A DNA stretch of 64,000 nucleotides. It comes from a virus (lineage: Duplodnaviria > Caudoviricetes). The notes under the pieces are model-generated. The model was given only the letters and a program-made list of their open reading frames with translations, had not been told where the DNA came from and did not search any database. The stretch covers positions 1-64,000 of IMG/VR virus record IMGVR_UViG_3300030330_005626. One strand, written 5' to 3'. A program made the position numbers and the translations under genes. Positions 1 to 8,730 of the stretch are shown in pieces. How positions within the stretch are numbered: position 1 is the stretch's first letter; the number at the start of each line of letters is the position of its first letter.

Positions 1-3
1 CTT

Positions 4-36
4 TTGGCACGCGGCGGGCGGCACGTTGCGTGCCAA
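4..36. promoter_or_regulatory. Palindromic TTGGCACG-N17-CGTGCCAA element (face-to-face sigma54 -24/-12-like sites), copy 1
   Basis: TTGGCACG 4-11 and CGTGCCAA 29-36; both strands give TGGCAC-N7-GC spacing. Confidence 0.55.
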
Positions 37-129
37 AAAAGTTTGGGGAGTTTTTTTCGGCGTGCTACCTTTCTGTGTTCCCCACACAGTTTCCTTTCAT
101 TTGTTTATTCCCCGCGTTGTTGCGAGAAA

Positions 130-645
130 TTTTTTTACTGGTGCTTCCTCGTCCCTAACAAGGATCGCGTACCCTGTTCGCTACGTTAGGCTTGCCTAGA
201 CTGTGTTCTGTCTCCCAGTAAATTTATAGCTCGGTTTCATGTTAATTCTAACACTACTCGCGAGCGTCCTGCTTTGTGCCACATGACTGCACCCAGCTTT
301 ATGAAGGTTGCGACCCCTCTCTCTTGGGTTTCATCCCAAGGCTGAACAGGACAAGTTGTTTGACGGTCAAATGCCAAGCGAACTCACGTTTCTTTTCTAG
401 GTTAATTCCTACCTCAAAGGATCATCCGCTCTTCTGAGCTTACCAGTTAGGCGCGTCTCCCGCGTTGCTTGGCTACGGGTATGTTTTTCTGACCATCAAA
501 ATCTGGAACCCACGTTGATTGCTCGGTTCGCCTGACAGGTTACATCGACCAAGCTCGGAGTCTACTCCGCAGGGTTCCTTAAATTGTTGTGCCACTGTAA
601 AGGTCGTCTCTTTCACCGCCTTCAGAGGTGGCTTCCGTGAGAAGT
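130..645 (-). ncRNA. Candidate large (~520 nt) structured non-coding RNA
   Basis: No credible ORF; GC-richer than flanks; many stem-loops on minus strand, several with GNRA-like loops (CTTGGG/CCCAAG, CGGAG/CTCCG, CGCG-GGAGA-CGCG, TAGGC/GCCTA, TTTACTGG/CCAGTAAA); TTGACA at 677-672 upstream. Confidence 0.55.
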
Positions 646-685
646 ATTACTCTCACGAACTGCGTTAATTATGTCAAAAAATTGC

Positions 686-1096
686 TCACTCGTCAATCTT
701 AATTTTTGTAGGAGAGAAGGCCCACACCCCATCCCTTCTTATCTCTACGATCCACGCTTCAGGAACTCTAATCGACTCATCGCTTTGTAAAACGAAACTT
801 TTGTGTAGATAAGGATTGTAAGTAATCTTCTCCCATTTGCCAGAGCAACCAGAAGCAGGATCATCAATCACGGATTCTCTCATTCTTCTGCCCTGAATGT
901 AAGCGTGAACGTTTTTGCGTTTCTCATCGCGAACCTTCTGATTACCTTTAGGGCCAACCCTTAATATGGGTTTAGCTATTGCGATCTCTGTAACGTGATC
1001 CTCAACAATCCCCTTGTCATTCCTCACGCTGTAAACATACGTGCCGTCTTCGAGAGTCTTGTGAAGGTTGCGGTAGACTTGTACTTGTCCTTTCAT
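686..1096 (-). CDS. Conserved phage hypothetical protein (VYRNLHK...KRKNVHA...YNPY type)
   Basis: 136-aa ORF directly behind TTGACT-N16-TATAAT. Confidence 0.7.
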   Translation of the reverse strand: MKGQVQVYRNLHKTLEDGTYVYSVRNDKGIVEDHVTEIAIAKPILRVGPKGNQKVRDEKRKNVHAYIQGRRMRESVIDDPASGCSGKWEKITYNPYLHKSFVLQSDESIRVPEAWIVEIRRDGVWAFSPTKIKIDE

Positions 1097-1103
1097 GCGT
1101 CCG

Positions 1104-1131
1104 ATTATAAAGCAATGAGATTATTAGTCAA
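1104..1131 (-). promoter_or_regulatory. sigma70-type promoter, leaderless (TTGACT-N16-TATAAT-N7-ATG)
   Basis: Read directly upstream of ATG 1096. Confidence 0.75.
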
Positions 1132-1299
1132 CGAAAATCGCTCGAAAGATTCCTTTTATATGAAAGAAGATTCTTGAGTAGTGCTTGGCTTGAACCTGAT
1201 AAGTGATGGCCTTGCAGTGAAGTTGTATCTGTTCTTGCGCTCCCATACAAATAAGATACACCATTTCTTAAATAAGTCAACAGAATTTCTTAAAAAAAA

Positions 1300-1332
1300 T
1301 TGGCACGCGAGCGGCTGCAAGTTCCGTGCCAA
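1300..1332. promoter_or_regulatory. Palindromic TTGGCACG-N17-CGTGCCAA element, copy 2; minus strand is a consensus sigma54 promoter TGGCAC-GGAAC-TTGCA
   Basis: TTGGCACG 1300-1307, CGTGCCAA 1325-1332. Confidence 0.65.
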
Positions 1333-1404
1333 AAAAATATTAATAAATTTTAATTATAATTAATAAATATATATATGTTTGTTTCTTTGTATATGTAGAT
1401 TGCT

Positions 1405-1498
1405 TATTTAGAACTTATTTCAATATATTTGGCTCTTATTTATTTGTACTTATTTGGCTTTTATTTCGCTATTATTTACTCCTTATTTGGGCATATTT
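1405..1498. repeat. Helically phased TATTT array (~10-11 bp period)
   Basis: TATTT starts at 1405, 1416, 1426, 1437, 1451, 1462, 1473, 1484, 1494 (extra copy at 1441). Confidence 0.65.
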
Positions 1499-2598
1499 CT
1501 ACCAGCATTTTCAAGCATCTCAAAGAGGTCTTCTGGGATGAGAGAAGCCGTGTCCTCGACGGGCGCGGTATCGGGTAGAACAATCTTAACAGGCTTATTC
1601 TTGGGCTTGGGTGCTGGAGGCACAGGTTCCACTGGCTTGACAGGCTCGATTGATTTGGCTTCATCAAGTGCCATGAGATAATCCTGACCTTTGGAGGTGA
1701 GGGCGCGACCACCGCGATCAATCTCCATGAGGTTCTCCTTCTGAAGATACATCTCGAAGTCTCTCTGTAAGCAGGACTTGGTAAGACCAGTCTTGGCAGC
1801 GAGGTAAGTCAACGAGCTATTCTTTCTCTCAGCCATGATGCGAAGAAGCTGAAGTTCGATGCGACTCAAGCCGAGAGGCAAGATACCGAGGTGTTGCTTT
1901 AACTCAGACCACTGGGTCTCACCGAACTTGTTACCTTGGGTCGCCGCCATGTAATTGTTAATGTGGTTGGCCATCTTCTGGGCAGCGCGAGCGTTACCGC
2001 GAAGAACAGGGGCAAGCTCATTGAGCACACCGTCTTTGAACTTTGCGCTAGTCGTGCGAGAGATGATCTCGCCAAGATCGTCGTAGGAATACTCCTCTAG
2101 ATCAATTCTTTCGCAGCGATCCATGAGAGCGTGGAAAATGCTCTGCGCCTCGGTGGTGGCAAACATGAACGAAACCATGCGAAAATCAAAGTCTACCACA
2201 AAATCCTCGTAGGAAAACTGAGTGCGATTCTCAGGATTGGGATTGAGGATCGTGAGCAACGCCATCGTAACGTCCTTGGGTAGCTCGCTTGCCTCGTCGA
2301 GTAAGATCGTGCACTCGTTACCGTGAACGTGTGGAATGATGATCTGGTTGAAGAACTGCTTGAGGCTCTTGACCGTGGAACAGTTGATCTCAAGGAACTT
2401 CTTGGTGCCACCCTCGGAGTTCATAAGGTTCTTGGCTACGGCCTTTGCTAAAGTAGTTTTGCCGCAACCCTTGGGGGCTACGAACATGAGGTGGGGCAGA
2501 ATGCTGGTCGCTTCGTATGACTTCATAAGAAACGACAGTTTAGCCTTGGCTACATCCTGACCTACGATACCCTCGAAGTAATCTTTGTTGTGTTCCAT
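1483..2598 (-). CDS. ruvB: RuvB-like Holliday junction branch-migration AAA+ ATPase with Pro-rich C-terminal tail
   Basis: Walker A APKGCGKTT, Walker B LLDE, ATT sensor, RGNAR, C-terminal E-x-YL...GRALT. Confidence 0.85.
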   Translation of the reverse strand: MEHNKDYFEGIVGQDVAKAKLSFLMKSYEATSILPHLMFVAPKGCGKTTLAKAVAKNLMNSEGGTKKFLEINCSTVKSLKQFFNQIIIPHVHGNECTILLDEASELPKDVTMALLTILNPNPENRTQFSYEDFVVDFDFRMVSFMFATTEAQSIFHALMDRCERIDLEEYSYDDLGEIISRTTSAKFKDGVLNELAPVLRGNARAAQKMANHINNYMAATQGNKFGETQWSELKQHLGILPLGLSRIELQLLRIMAERKNSSLTYLAAKTGLTKSCLQRDFEMYLQKENLMEIDRGGRALTSKGQDYLMALDEAKSIEPVKPVEPVPPAPKPKNKPVKIVLPDTAPVEDTASLIPEDLFEMLENAGRNMPK

Positions 2599-2604
2599 AT
2601 GAGT

Positions 2605-2633
2605 AGTATGCTTTAGTTTTGGTGTAGAGTCAA
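2605..2633 (-). promoter_or_regulatory. sigma70-type promoter, leaderless (TTGACT-N17-CATACT-N6-ATG)
   Basis: Upstream of ruvB ATG 2598. Confidence 0.7.
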
Positions 2634-2675
2634 TAACTTAATTAAGTAAAAAATATTAATTATAATTAATAATAA

Positions 2676-2996
2676 TTACCAATTGTTTTTATCGTTATCA
2701 AAGTTAGATACCTTGAAATCAACCGTACCTTCTGATTCAACTTCAGAAGAATTAGTATCATTGGTTTTGCCATCTAAATCCTGTACATTGAATTGGATTG
2801 TGTTTGCTCTGGATTCGATCTCTTTCTTCATGTCGTTTGAAGACACGGAGATTTGCTCGGAAGATAAACCAAGAGTTTCTGCGTATCTGCGAGATACGAG
2901 CACGTTTGCCTCTGGACGAAGCACCGAGTTGAGTTCCGCAAGAGCTACAGATACGAAGCTTGTTGCGCCTTTTGTTTTGCCTCTTTTTCCTGCCAT
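2676..2996 (-). CDS. Hypothetical protein, basic N-terminus and acidic C-terminus
   Basis: ORF behind TTGACT-N17-GATACT-N6-ATG. Confidence 0.7.
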   Translation of the reverse strand: MAGKRGKTKGATSFVSVALAELNSVLRPEANVLVSRRYAETLGLSSEQISVSSNDMKKEIESRANTIQFNVQDLDGKTNDTNSSEVESEGTVDFKVSNFDNDKNNW

Positions 2997-3044
2997 GAGT
3001 CTAGTATCAGAAAATTTTTTAAATAAGTCAAATTATTTTTAATA

Positions 3045-3269
3045 TTAATTCAACTCATCTAAAGCATCATCACTTTCAGCTATCCTAGCAACCTTCTTAG
3101 CGAGCTCCGCAGCGGAAGGGCCAAGGGGGTCTTGAGTGATTCTTTTCTGTCTATACTCTGCAAGCTGGTTAAACTCATAATGCCATACGGACTCGTATCT
3201 GCGAGCCATCTCTAACTGTTTGGCTGTGAGCTTTCTTGGGCGACCTCTTTTTTTCTTGGCTTTAGTCAT
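3045..3269 (-). CDS. Small AT-hook-like (KKRGRPRK) protein
   Basis: KRGRPRK motif; TTGACC promoter upstream. Confidence 0.65.
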   Translation of the reverse strand: MTKAKKKRGRPRKLTAKQLEMARRYESVWHYEFNQLAEYRQKRITQDPLGPSAAELAKKVARIAESDDALDELN

Positions 3270-3518
3270 GCCAATATTATTTACACATTTTTAAGTCGGG
3301 TCAAGCATTATTATTTGGCGCGTAAACAATTACAAATTACAACAAAAATATAATTATTATTATAAAATATTTTAAAATCGAATAAAAATTAATAAATATT
3401 CGGCGGCTTATTTGGCTAATTATTATTAATAAATATTTAAAAATATTACAGTTTATATTTGGCTTTATTTGGTTTGTAAATACTATTATTATTTAGAAAT
3501 ATTTCGTTCACAAATACG

Positions 3519-3555
3519 AAAAAACCCCTTGAAGCGAAAGACAAACCTCAAGGGG
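3519..3555 (-). terminator. Intrinsic terminator
   Basis: CCCCTTGA...TCAAGGGG followed by T6 on minus strand. Confidence 0.7.
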
Positions 3556-3697
3556 CTCGCAGTGCCAGATATGGTGACACTTGCTATCAGTAGTGTTTCA
3601 TGAACCCCCAAGATACGATAGGGTTGTTACGAGTTCTCCTCGTACACCATGCTACTGATTGGTCAGGTAACACTGATATAACTTCTCAAGTTATATA
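3519..3697 (-). ncRNA. Candidate ~180-nt structured sRNA with own promoter and terminator
   Basis: TTGACT-N17-TATTAT (3732-3704); nested stems CAGTGTTA/TGGCACTG, ATCAGTAG/CTACTGAT, TACGAG/CTCGTA, AACCCT/GGGGTT; no ORF. Confidence 0.6.
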
Positions 3698-4469
3698 ATA
3701 TATATAATATATCTTTTTTGAAATTGAGTCAACATTATTTAGCAAAAAATCATTCACAAATATTGCATTAAATTATTATAGTTTTGGCCGCTGATTTATT
3801 AATATTTATTAGAAATAATTAAATTTATTAATATTTATTTCGCCGCATATCATTCGTAAATATCACTATTGTATTTTCTTGGCTTGAATTCGCTTTTACC
3901 AAATGTATTATTATAATGATATAATATTATTAGCTTTTGATGATCAGTTAAATTATTTATATTTATTTTTTTGCTTGACCCACGCGGGTAGCGATGATGC
4001 CTCCCTTCGAGCAGCAAAATTATTTTCTTTATATTTGGCTTTTTTTCGTTCATAAATAATAATATACTGAACCTGAACTGGTTCTGGTTTGGTTGTTTTT
4101 ATATTTATAGATTTTTATTAATAATTATTTGAAATAAATAAAAATCTCCCATACCCCAAACTTAATATTAATAATAATAAATAAATATTATTTCTATATT
4201 GTATCTATTGTATATGGTATATATATTTGGAAATAAACGGCTCGTAAATAAGCCGTGGATTCGCTGAAAAGCCCCCAATATTTACCCTTTTATGGTTTGA
4301 TATCCCAGTCGGGATCATTCATAGTCTTCCATATAGAATAGCCCACGGAAGCAACCACACCATAAATAATTAAAGCTACAATCAACATATTATAAGATTC
4401 CTTTTTGTATATTACAAGGTATATATTATATATCTCTAAGATGCCATCTTGTGATATAGGATAAAGCTC

Positions 4470-4841
4470 TTAAAATGGGTTGTTTTGCTCTGTTCCATCG
4501 TCGTATCCACATCCATCAGTATGTCCATCAGATACCCCGATTTCACCTTGCACTCCCACTCCAGCCTCCTGAAAGCGAGCAAGGTAGTCTGCTGTTTGCC
4601 ACTCTTCTTCAATGAACGACTTGAGAGCGCGACCCGTGCCATTGCCATCAGTGGCTTCTAGCATATTAGTAAGGCGACGATAAACTTCGTCTAGTATCTT
4701 TGTGTCAGTTGCGCCCTTAGCTTCTACGGCGGTTGCTATCTCTGATGCAAGCTGCTCTCTGGCGACTCTCGATGCCATGTTGATCTGTGAGTCTGTATGC
4801 GCTTCTAGCACTTTTAAAATGTGATCGTTTAGGGCTTTCAT
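4470..4841 (-). CDS. Hypothetical protein
   Basis: 123-aa ORF, phage-like composition. Confidence 0.6.
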   Translation of the reverse strand: MKALNDHILKVLEAHTDSQINMASRVAREQLASEIATAVEAKGATDTKILDEVYRRLTNMLEATDGNGTGRALKSFIEEEWQTADYLARFQEAGVGVQGEIGVSDGHTDGCGYDDGTEQNNPF

Positions 4842-4864
4842 AATTTAATTAATATTAATAATAA

Positions 4865-5257
4865 TTAAAACTTAACTTCTGTATATTTCTTCTTGAACTT
4901 ATTGTAATTGTTTATAAGCTTGTCGGCGGTAGAGGTTCTTGGGCTTGCGTAATTAGTTTTTATTCTGCTTTCAACCCATTTTTTAGTAACCGCCGTTTTA
5001 ACAAACTTGTTAAACATTTCCATTATGCCTTCCGCCGCCATGTACCTATGAAGACTCATAATCATCATAGGAATAAAGTGCTTCGTGACATTAAGTTTTA
5101 CAGGGGATGGGCCTGAAGTTATATCGTATTGAAACTTATGATTCTTTTTGTCGTCGCAGTAATAGAACTGAATCTCAAAACCTGAAACTTCAAAAGTATC
5201 TAATACTACTTTATTTTTTATCTCCTTTCTGTGTATTCTGGTGGGTTTCCAATTCAT
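4865..5257 (-). CDS. Hypothetical protein
   Basis: 130-aa ORF behind TTGACC...TATAAT. Confidence 0.65.
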   Translation of the reverse strand: MNWKPTRIHRKEIKNKVVLDTFEVSGFEIQFYYCDDKKNHKFQYDITSGPSPVKLNVTKHFIPMMIMSLHRYMAAEGIMEMFNKFVKTAVTKKWVESRIKTNYASPRTSTADKLINNYNKFKKKYTEVKF

Positions 5258-5293
5258 ACCAGATATTATAGATATTTTTAAGCGAGGTCAATG

Positions 5294-5422
5294 CTAAACC
5301 TTGCTTTTTCTTGGCCCTCCTTGGCCTCTGTACTTCTTGTTTCCCTTGGTGCGATTGCTGCATCCTTGGCGAGTTTTTTTGCCCTTGGGCTTTTGGTAAC
5401 CTAATGAATCTTTTCTAGCCAT
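5294..5422 (-). CDS. 42-aa highly basic peptide (KKTRQG...KKYRGQG), not in ORF track
   Basis: Hand translation MARKDSLGYQKPKGKKTRQGCSNRTKGNKKYRGQGGPRKSKV*. Confidence 0.6.
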   Translation of the reverse strand: MARKDSLGYQKPKGKKTRQGCSNRTKGNKKYRGQGGPRKSKV

Positions 5423-5571
5423 TTTATTATTTTTTCTTGTTTTTCTTTTTCTCTTCTTTTTTCCAATGATTTTCAGTCTCGTGCTTCATGCAGAGTTCGT
5501 CCCACCAATCGTCGGGCTCTCTCTCTAGGGCGTTGCCATGCTGCCAGTGAGGCGGCTTATTAGCACCATTA

Positions 5572-5763
5572 TCAAGCTTTGCTTTTACTCTTCTTGCTCT
5601 TGCCATTTTTGCCTCCTACGTCCCTACAGTTATGCTTCCAGTTCGCTTTCGAGGTAAATTGCCAACCATTTTTTAAAAGGTCTTCAATACCTTGAATTTC
5701 GTGCTTTGATTTGTCTGGTACGCGAACAAACTTTGTACCGTTTTTATTGACCAGTGTTTTCAT
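5572..5763 (-). CDS. Small basic hypothetical protein
   Basis: 63-aa ORF in minus-strand gene run. Confidence 0.55.
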   Translation of the reverse strand: MKTLVNKNGTKFVRVPDKSKHEIQGIEDLLKNGWQFTSKANWKHNCRDVGGKNGKSKKSKSKA

Positions 5764-5775
5764 TATTTATTAATA

Positions 5776-5988
5776 TTAATTGTTTTTTAATTGTTTAACT
5801 ATCTTCAAGTCACCATGACTTTTCTCGTACTCTTTAACATAGGACTTGGCATCCTTGTAATCGTGACCAGTATAAAGGTGCATGACTCCAGTTCCGTTCT
5901 TTAAATGCACTTCATAAGTATATTTGTCGTTATTTACGCAGCTTGTGCTCGTAATTAATATTAATAATAAGTATGCTAGTTTTTTCAC
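5776..5988 (-). CDS. Putative small lipoprotein
   Basis: MKK + hydrophobic stretch + TSC lipobox-like. Confidence 0.55.
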   Translation of the reverse strand: MKKLAYLLLILITSTSCVNNDKYTYEVHLKNGTGVMHLYTGHDYKDAKSYVKEYEKSHGDLKIVKQLKNN

Positions 5989-6362
5989 AATTAATTATCC
6001 TCTGTTAAACTAAAGCGTTCTCTTTCAATCATGTCTATAATATCTTGGCAGCGGTCAACATATTGATCTGTGGTCAAATGGGTACCATCGCGCATATCAG
6101 GGCATCTATCGTAGATTGCTTTGATTAATTGTTCATCAGTCATTACTAATCCTTCGATTGAAGTTCTACTTTTGACCAGCCGAAAAGTTCCAAATCAAAA
6201 TGTTCTATGGCTTCATTCGCTCTGTCTTGGCCAAACTCTTCACTAATTTCCCTAAGCACAAGACTTACGATATTGTGAGAAAAAGGTTTGACATCTATAT
6301 AATCAACCTCCTTTTCAATTTTATCGTATAATAATTTTAATTTTTGATCTCCTGTCATAATA

Positions 6363-6572
6363 TTAGTTATTACAGCTTTGAATGTGCTCAATGATATCTT
6401 GACTTACGTCACCCCAATCTACCTCATCCATACAAGACTGAGCGATGCTTTCCCAATCGTCGTCTTCCTCCAACAGTGGTTCAAATTGCTCCTTGTCCCA
6501 TGTAGCGACAACCAAGCTGTCTTCTGGGCTGTAGTTGTCTTGAAGCATTTTAATAATTTCTTTTACTTTCAT
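6363..6572 (-). CDS. Small acidic hypothetical protein (MKVKEII start)
   Basis: 69-aa ORF. Confidence 0.6.
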   Translation of the reverse strand: MKVKEIIKMLQDNYSPEDSLVVATWDKEQFEPLLEEDDDWESIAQSCMDEVDWGDVSQDIIEHIQSCNN

Positions 6573-7062
6573 AATTTTACCAATTTCCTTCGATTCCTTT
6601 TAGTTCCGAGTGAGAAATATAAATCTCTTCTGCGTCTTCGTTTGCGTACCAGTTGCCGTGAACTTCTTGCTCCAGCAATGTTAGTTTTTCTCCTGCCAAA
6701 TATAGTGTTTGCATGATGTAATACTAGGAAGTTTTTTAAGTATTGTCAACGTCTAATTGAGCATTCCTTGGCAAAGTTTCCATGCGATTGCTTTGAGCTC
6801 ATCATGATTCTCTTTGCTTGGATCGCCATCGGTCTCCTGTAAGTAGTTGATAAATTCTAGATAAACTTGATCTTTCTCTTCGCTGGTCATGTTGTTATAG
6901 TAATAAGTTTTTTAAGAAATGTAAAGAATTAATTTTAATTATTTAGTCGCCTCTTTTGATTAATCCCGTGATACATTTAAACACAAACAAAAACATGGCA
7001 GAGAAAAAATAAAAAATAGTAAGACCGACTATCCAGAAGAAACCTATTATTTTATTCATGAG

Positions 7063-7377
7063 TCATCCTAAATAATCATTGTCATCAAGAATGCATTGCT
7101 TATTAAAACGATATAAAAAAGCTGGAGTAAATTCGCCAACGTAAGCGTTAGCAACATTGGTCTGCATCCACTCTTCAGCTTCTTCAAAGCTCATTGGCTG
7201 GCCATCGTGACATTTTCCTGTCATTATAATATCAACGCACTGACGATAATCATAACAGGCTTTAGGGTTTCCAAACGATTCACATACCCCAAGAAAAGCT
7301 TCCTCAAGCCCTTCCGCAAGTAATATTTCATGATCTGGATAACTTTCTTCTAGATAAGTATTTATTAAATCTTTCAT
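7063..7377 (-). CDS. Conserved phage hypothetical protein (ADG/AEGxxxAFLG...EEAxEW...AYVGExTP type)
   Basis: Recognisable motif pattern. Confidence 0.7.
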   Translation of the reverse strand: MKDLINTYLEESYPDHEILLAEGLEEAFLGVCESFGNPKACYDYRQCVDIIMTGKCHDGQPMSFEEAEEWMQTNVANAYVGEFTPAFLYRFNKQCILDDNDYLG

Positions 7378-7512
7378 TTTTTAAATAATAATTAGCTACA
7401 ATATTTACTTAATATGAGTGCGAATACAATTCCACCAATCTGTAAAGAAGTACAAACTATAATTGCAATCTTTTTTGCACTACCTTTTTGGTGTGATCTC
7501 CAACTCATACCA

Positions 7513-8418
7513 TCAAGCGTAACAATATTCAATAGCTGTTATCGCCGCGTCTTTTGACTTGAGCTCTATGTCGTAGTCAACAGCGAAAGAAACTCCTCTG
7601 TCTTTTGGTAACCCAGTGGGCATATCAGCATGACTGCGAGGGTTATTTTTATCTGGATGAGATTCCGAGTAGTGGAATAGTGGTTTAAAATAACCAGTGC
7701 GATGCCACGTTTTATAGCACAAAGTAAAAGCTTCAGTCTCTGTAAGACCATCTGGTAAGCATTTGTGATGGAGGTTGTCGTAAGTAATAGGAATAATAAA
7801 ATGCTTTGCAAGCAATTTAGGAGTCCAAATACCCTTGTCTTCATTCTCTACAACAAGGCGAGAGCGAACAGATTGATCGCACTCGCGAAGATTGAGCATA
7901 AAGCGATCAGCGATTTCTTGTGGCTCCCCTTTAGTGTTGTTAACGTGGATATTAATAGGGCAACGATAGTCTCTATGCGCTCCGAGCATATCCATAAGCC
8001 AACCGTGATGATTTAGTTCTTTGATAGTTTTCTCTACTTGAGCTTTACCCAAGCTTGCAAGAACATTGAACTGATCAGGATGACAAGAAATGCGAATACC
8101 TTTATCTCTGATAAGCATATTACAATCAGTGAGTGCCGCTTGTATGTCAATCCAGTCTGGATAATCTTGAATTTTGAGTTCTGCTACATCGTATGTAAGC
8201 AATGGAAACAAAGCCGAGCTAACGCGATAGCCCCAACCGTTAGAAGCGCACTGCTCTAAAATCTTATAAGTAACGCGAATGTTGTTAAGAGTGCGAGCGG
8301 AAACAGTAGCAACGGCTTCTTCGCGAGGAAGCTGAGAAAAGCGATGCCAAGTCATAGTTTGAAACTTATGACCTTGGTTAGCTAAAGTATTTGAAATGCA
8401 ACAAAGGTTATATGCCAT
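7513..8418 (-). CDS. uvsE: UV DNA damage endonuclease UvsE/UVDE
   Basis: YRVSS, HPDQF, VENED, YDNLHH, HYSES, HAD, ELKSKD; start placed at ATG 8418 after TTGACC-N17-CAATAT. Confidence 0.9.
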   Translation of the reverse strand: MAYNLCCISNTLANQGHKFQTMTWHRFSQLPREEAVATVSARTLNNIRVTYKILEQCASNGWGYRVSSALFPLLTYDVAELKIQDYPDWIDIQAALTDCNMLIRDKGIRISCHPDQFNVLASLGKAQVEKTIKELNHHGWLMDMLGAHRDYRCPINIHVNNTKGEPQEIADRFMLNLRECDQSVRSRLVVENEDKGIWTPKLLAKHFIIPITYDNLHHKCLPDGLTETEAFTLCYKTWHRTGYFKPLFHYSESHPDKNNPRSHADMPTGLPKDRGVSFAVDYDIELKSKDAAITAIEYCYA

Positions 8419-8485
8419 GTGTTTATATTGCACAACTTTTTTAAATTGGTCAATACTTTTTTAAGTTAAATGTGTATTCTATAAT

Positions 8486-8695
8486 ATGTTTGAGTTATGG
8501 ATTAACAAGTACAGAATTAAAATATTCTTGTGCAATGACGGTAATTGGCGTCATGATAGTATTTTCATATACAATAACACTAAATGCATAGCTGAAAAAG
8601 AAATAGAAACAATAATAGAATATCTATTCAATGAAGCTTTTATAAAAGATAGAAGAACTCAATACCACATAGCAGAAAGAAACTCAGACAAATAA
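8486..8695 (+). CDS. Small hypothetical protein (IEYLFNEAFI), probable paralog of 32772-32948
   Basis: GTGTA-N9-ATG; shared motif. Confidence 0.6.
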   Translation: MFELWINKYRIKIFLCNDGNWRHDSIFIYNNTKCIAEKEIETIIEYLFNEAFIKDRRTQYHIAERNSDK

Positions 8696-8730
8696 TGTGT
8701 GGCTTACCTCCAGCTTTTAATTTTTTTAAA

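Noticed and set aside
4-189. 61-aa plus-strand ORF
   Set aside because: TTG start inside the palindrome, antisense to the RNA candidate, non-protein-like composition
130-645. RNase P RNA or group I/II intron
   Set aside because: No GAGGAAAGUC/P4 motifs, no domain V, no matching P7 pair and no interrupted gene seen
1300-1332. TTGGCACG/CGTGCCAA palindromes as rho-independent terminators
   Set aside because: On both strands the stem is followed by A-runs, not T-runs
3850-4053. 67-aa ORF in AT-rich gap
   Set aside because: Low-complexity K/I/N content expected from AT-rich non-coding DNA; not supportable
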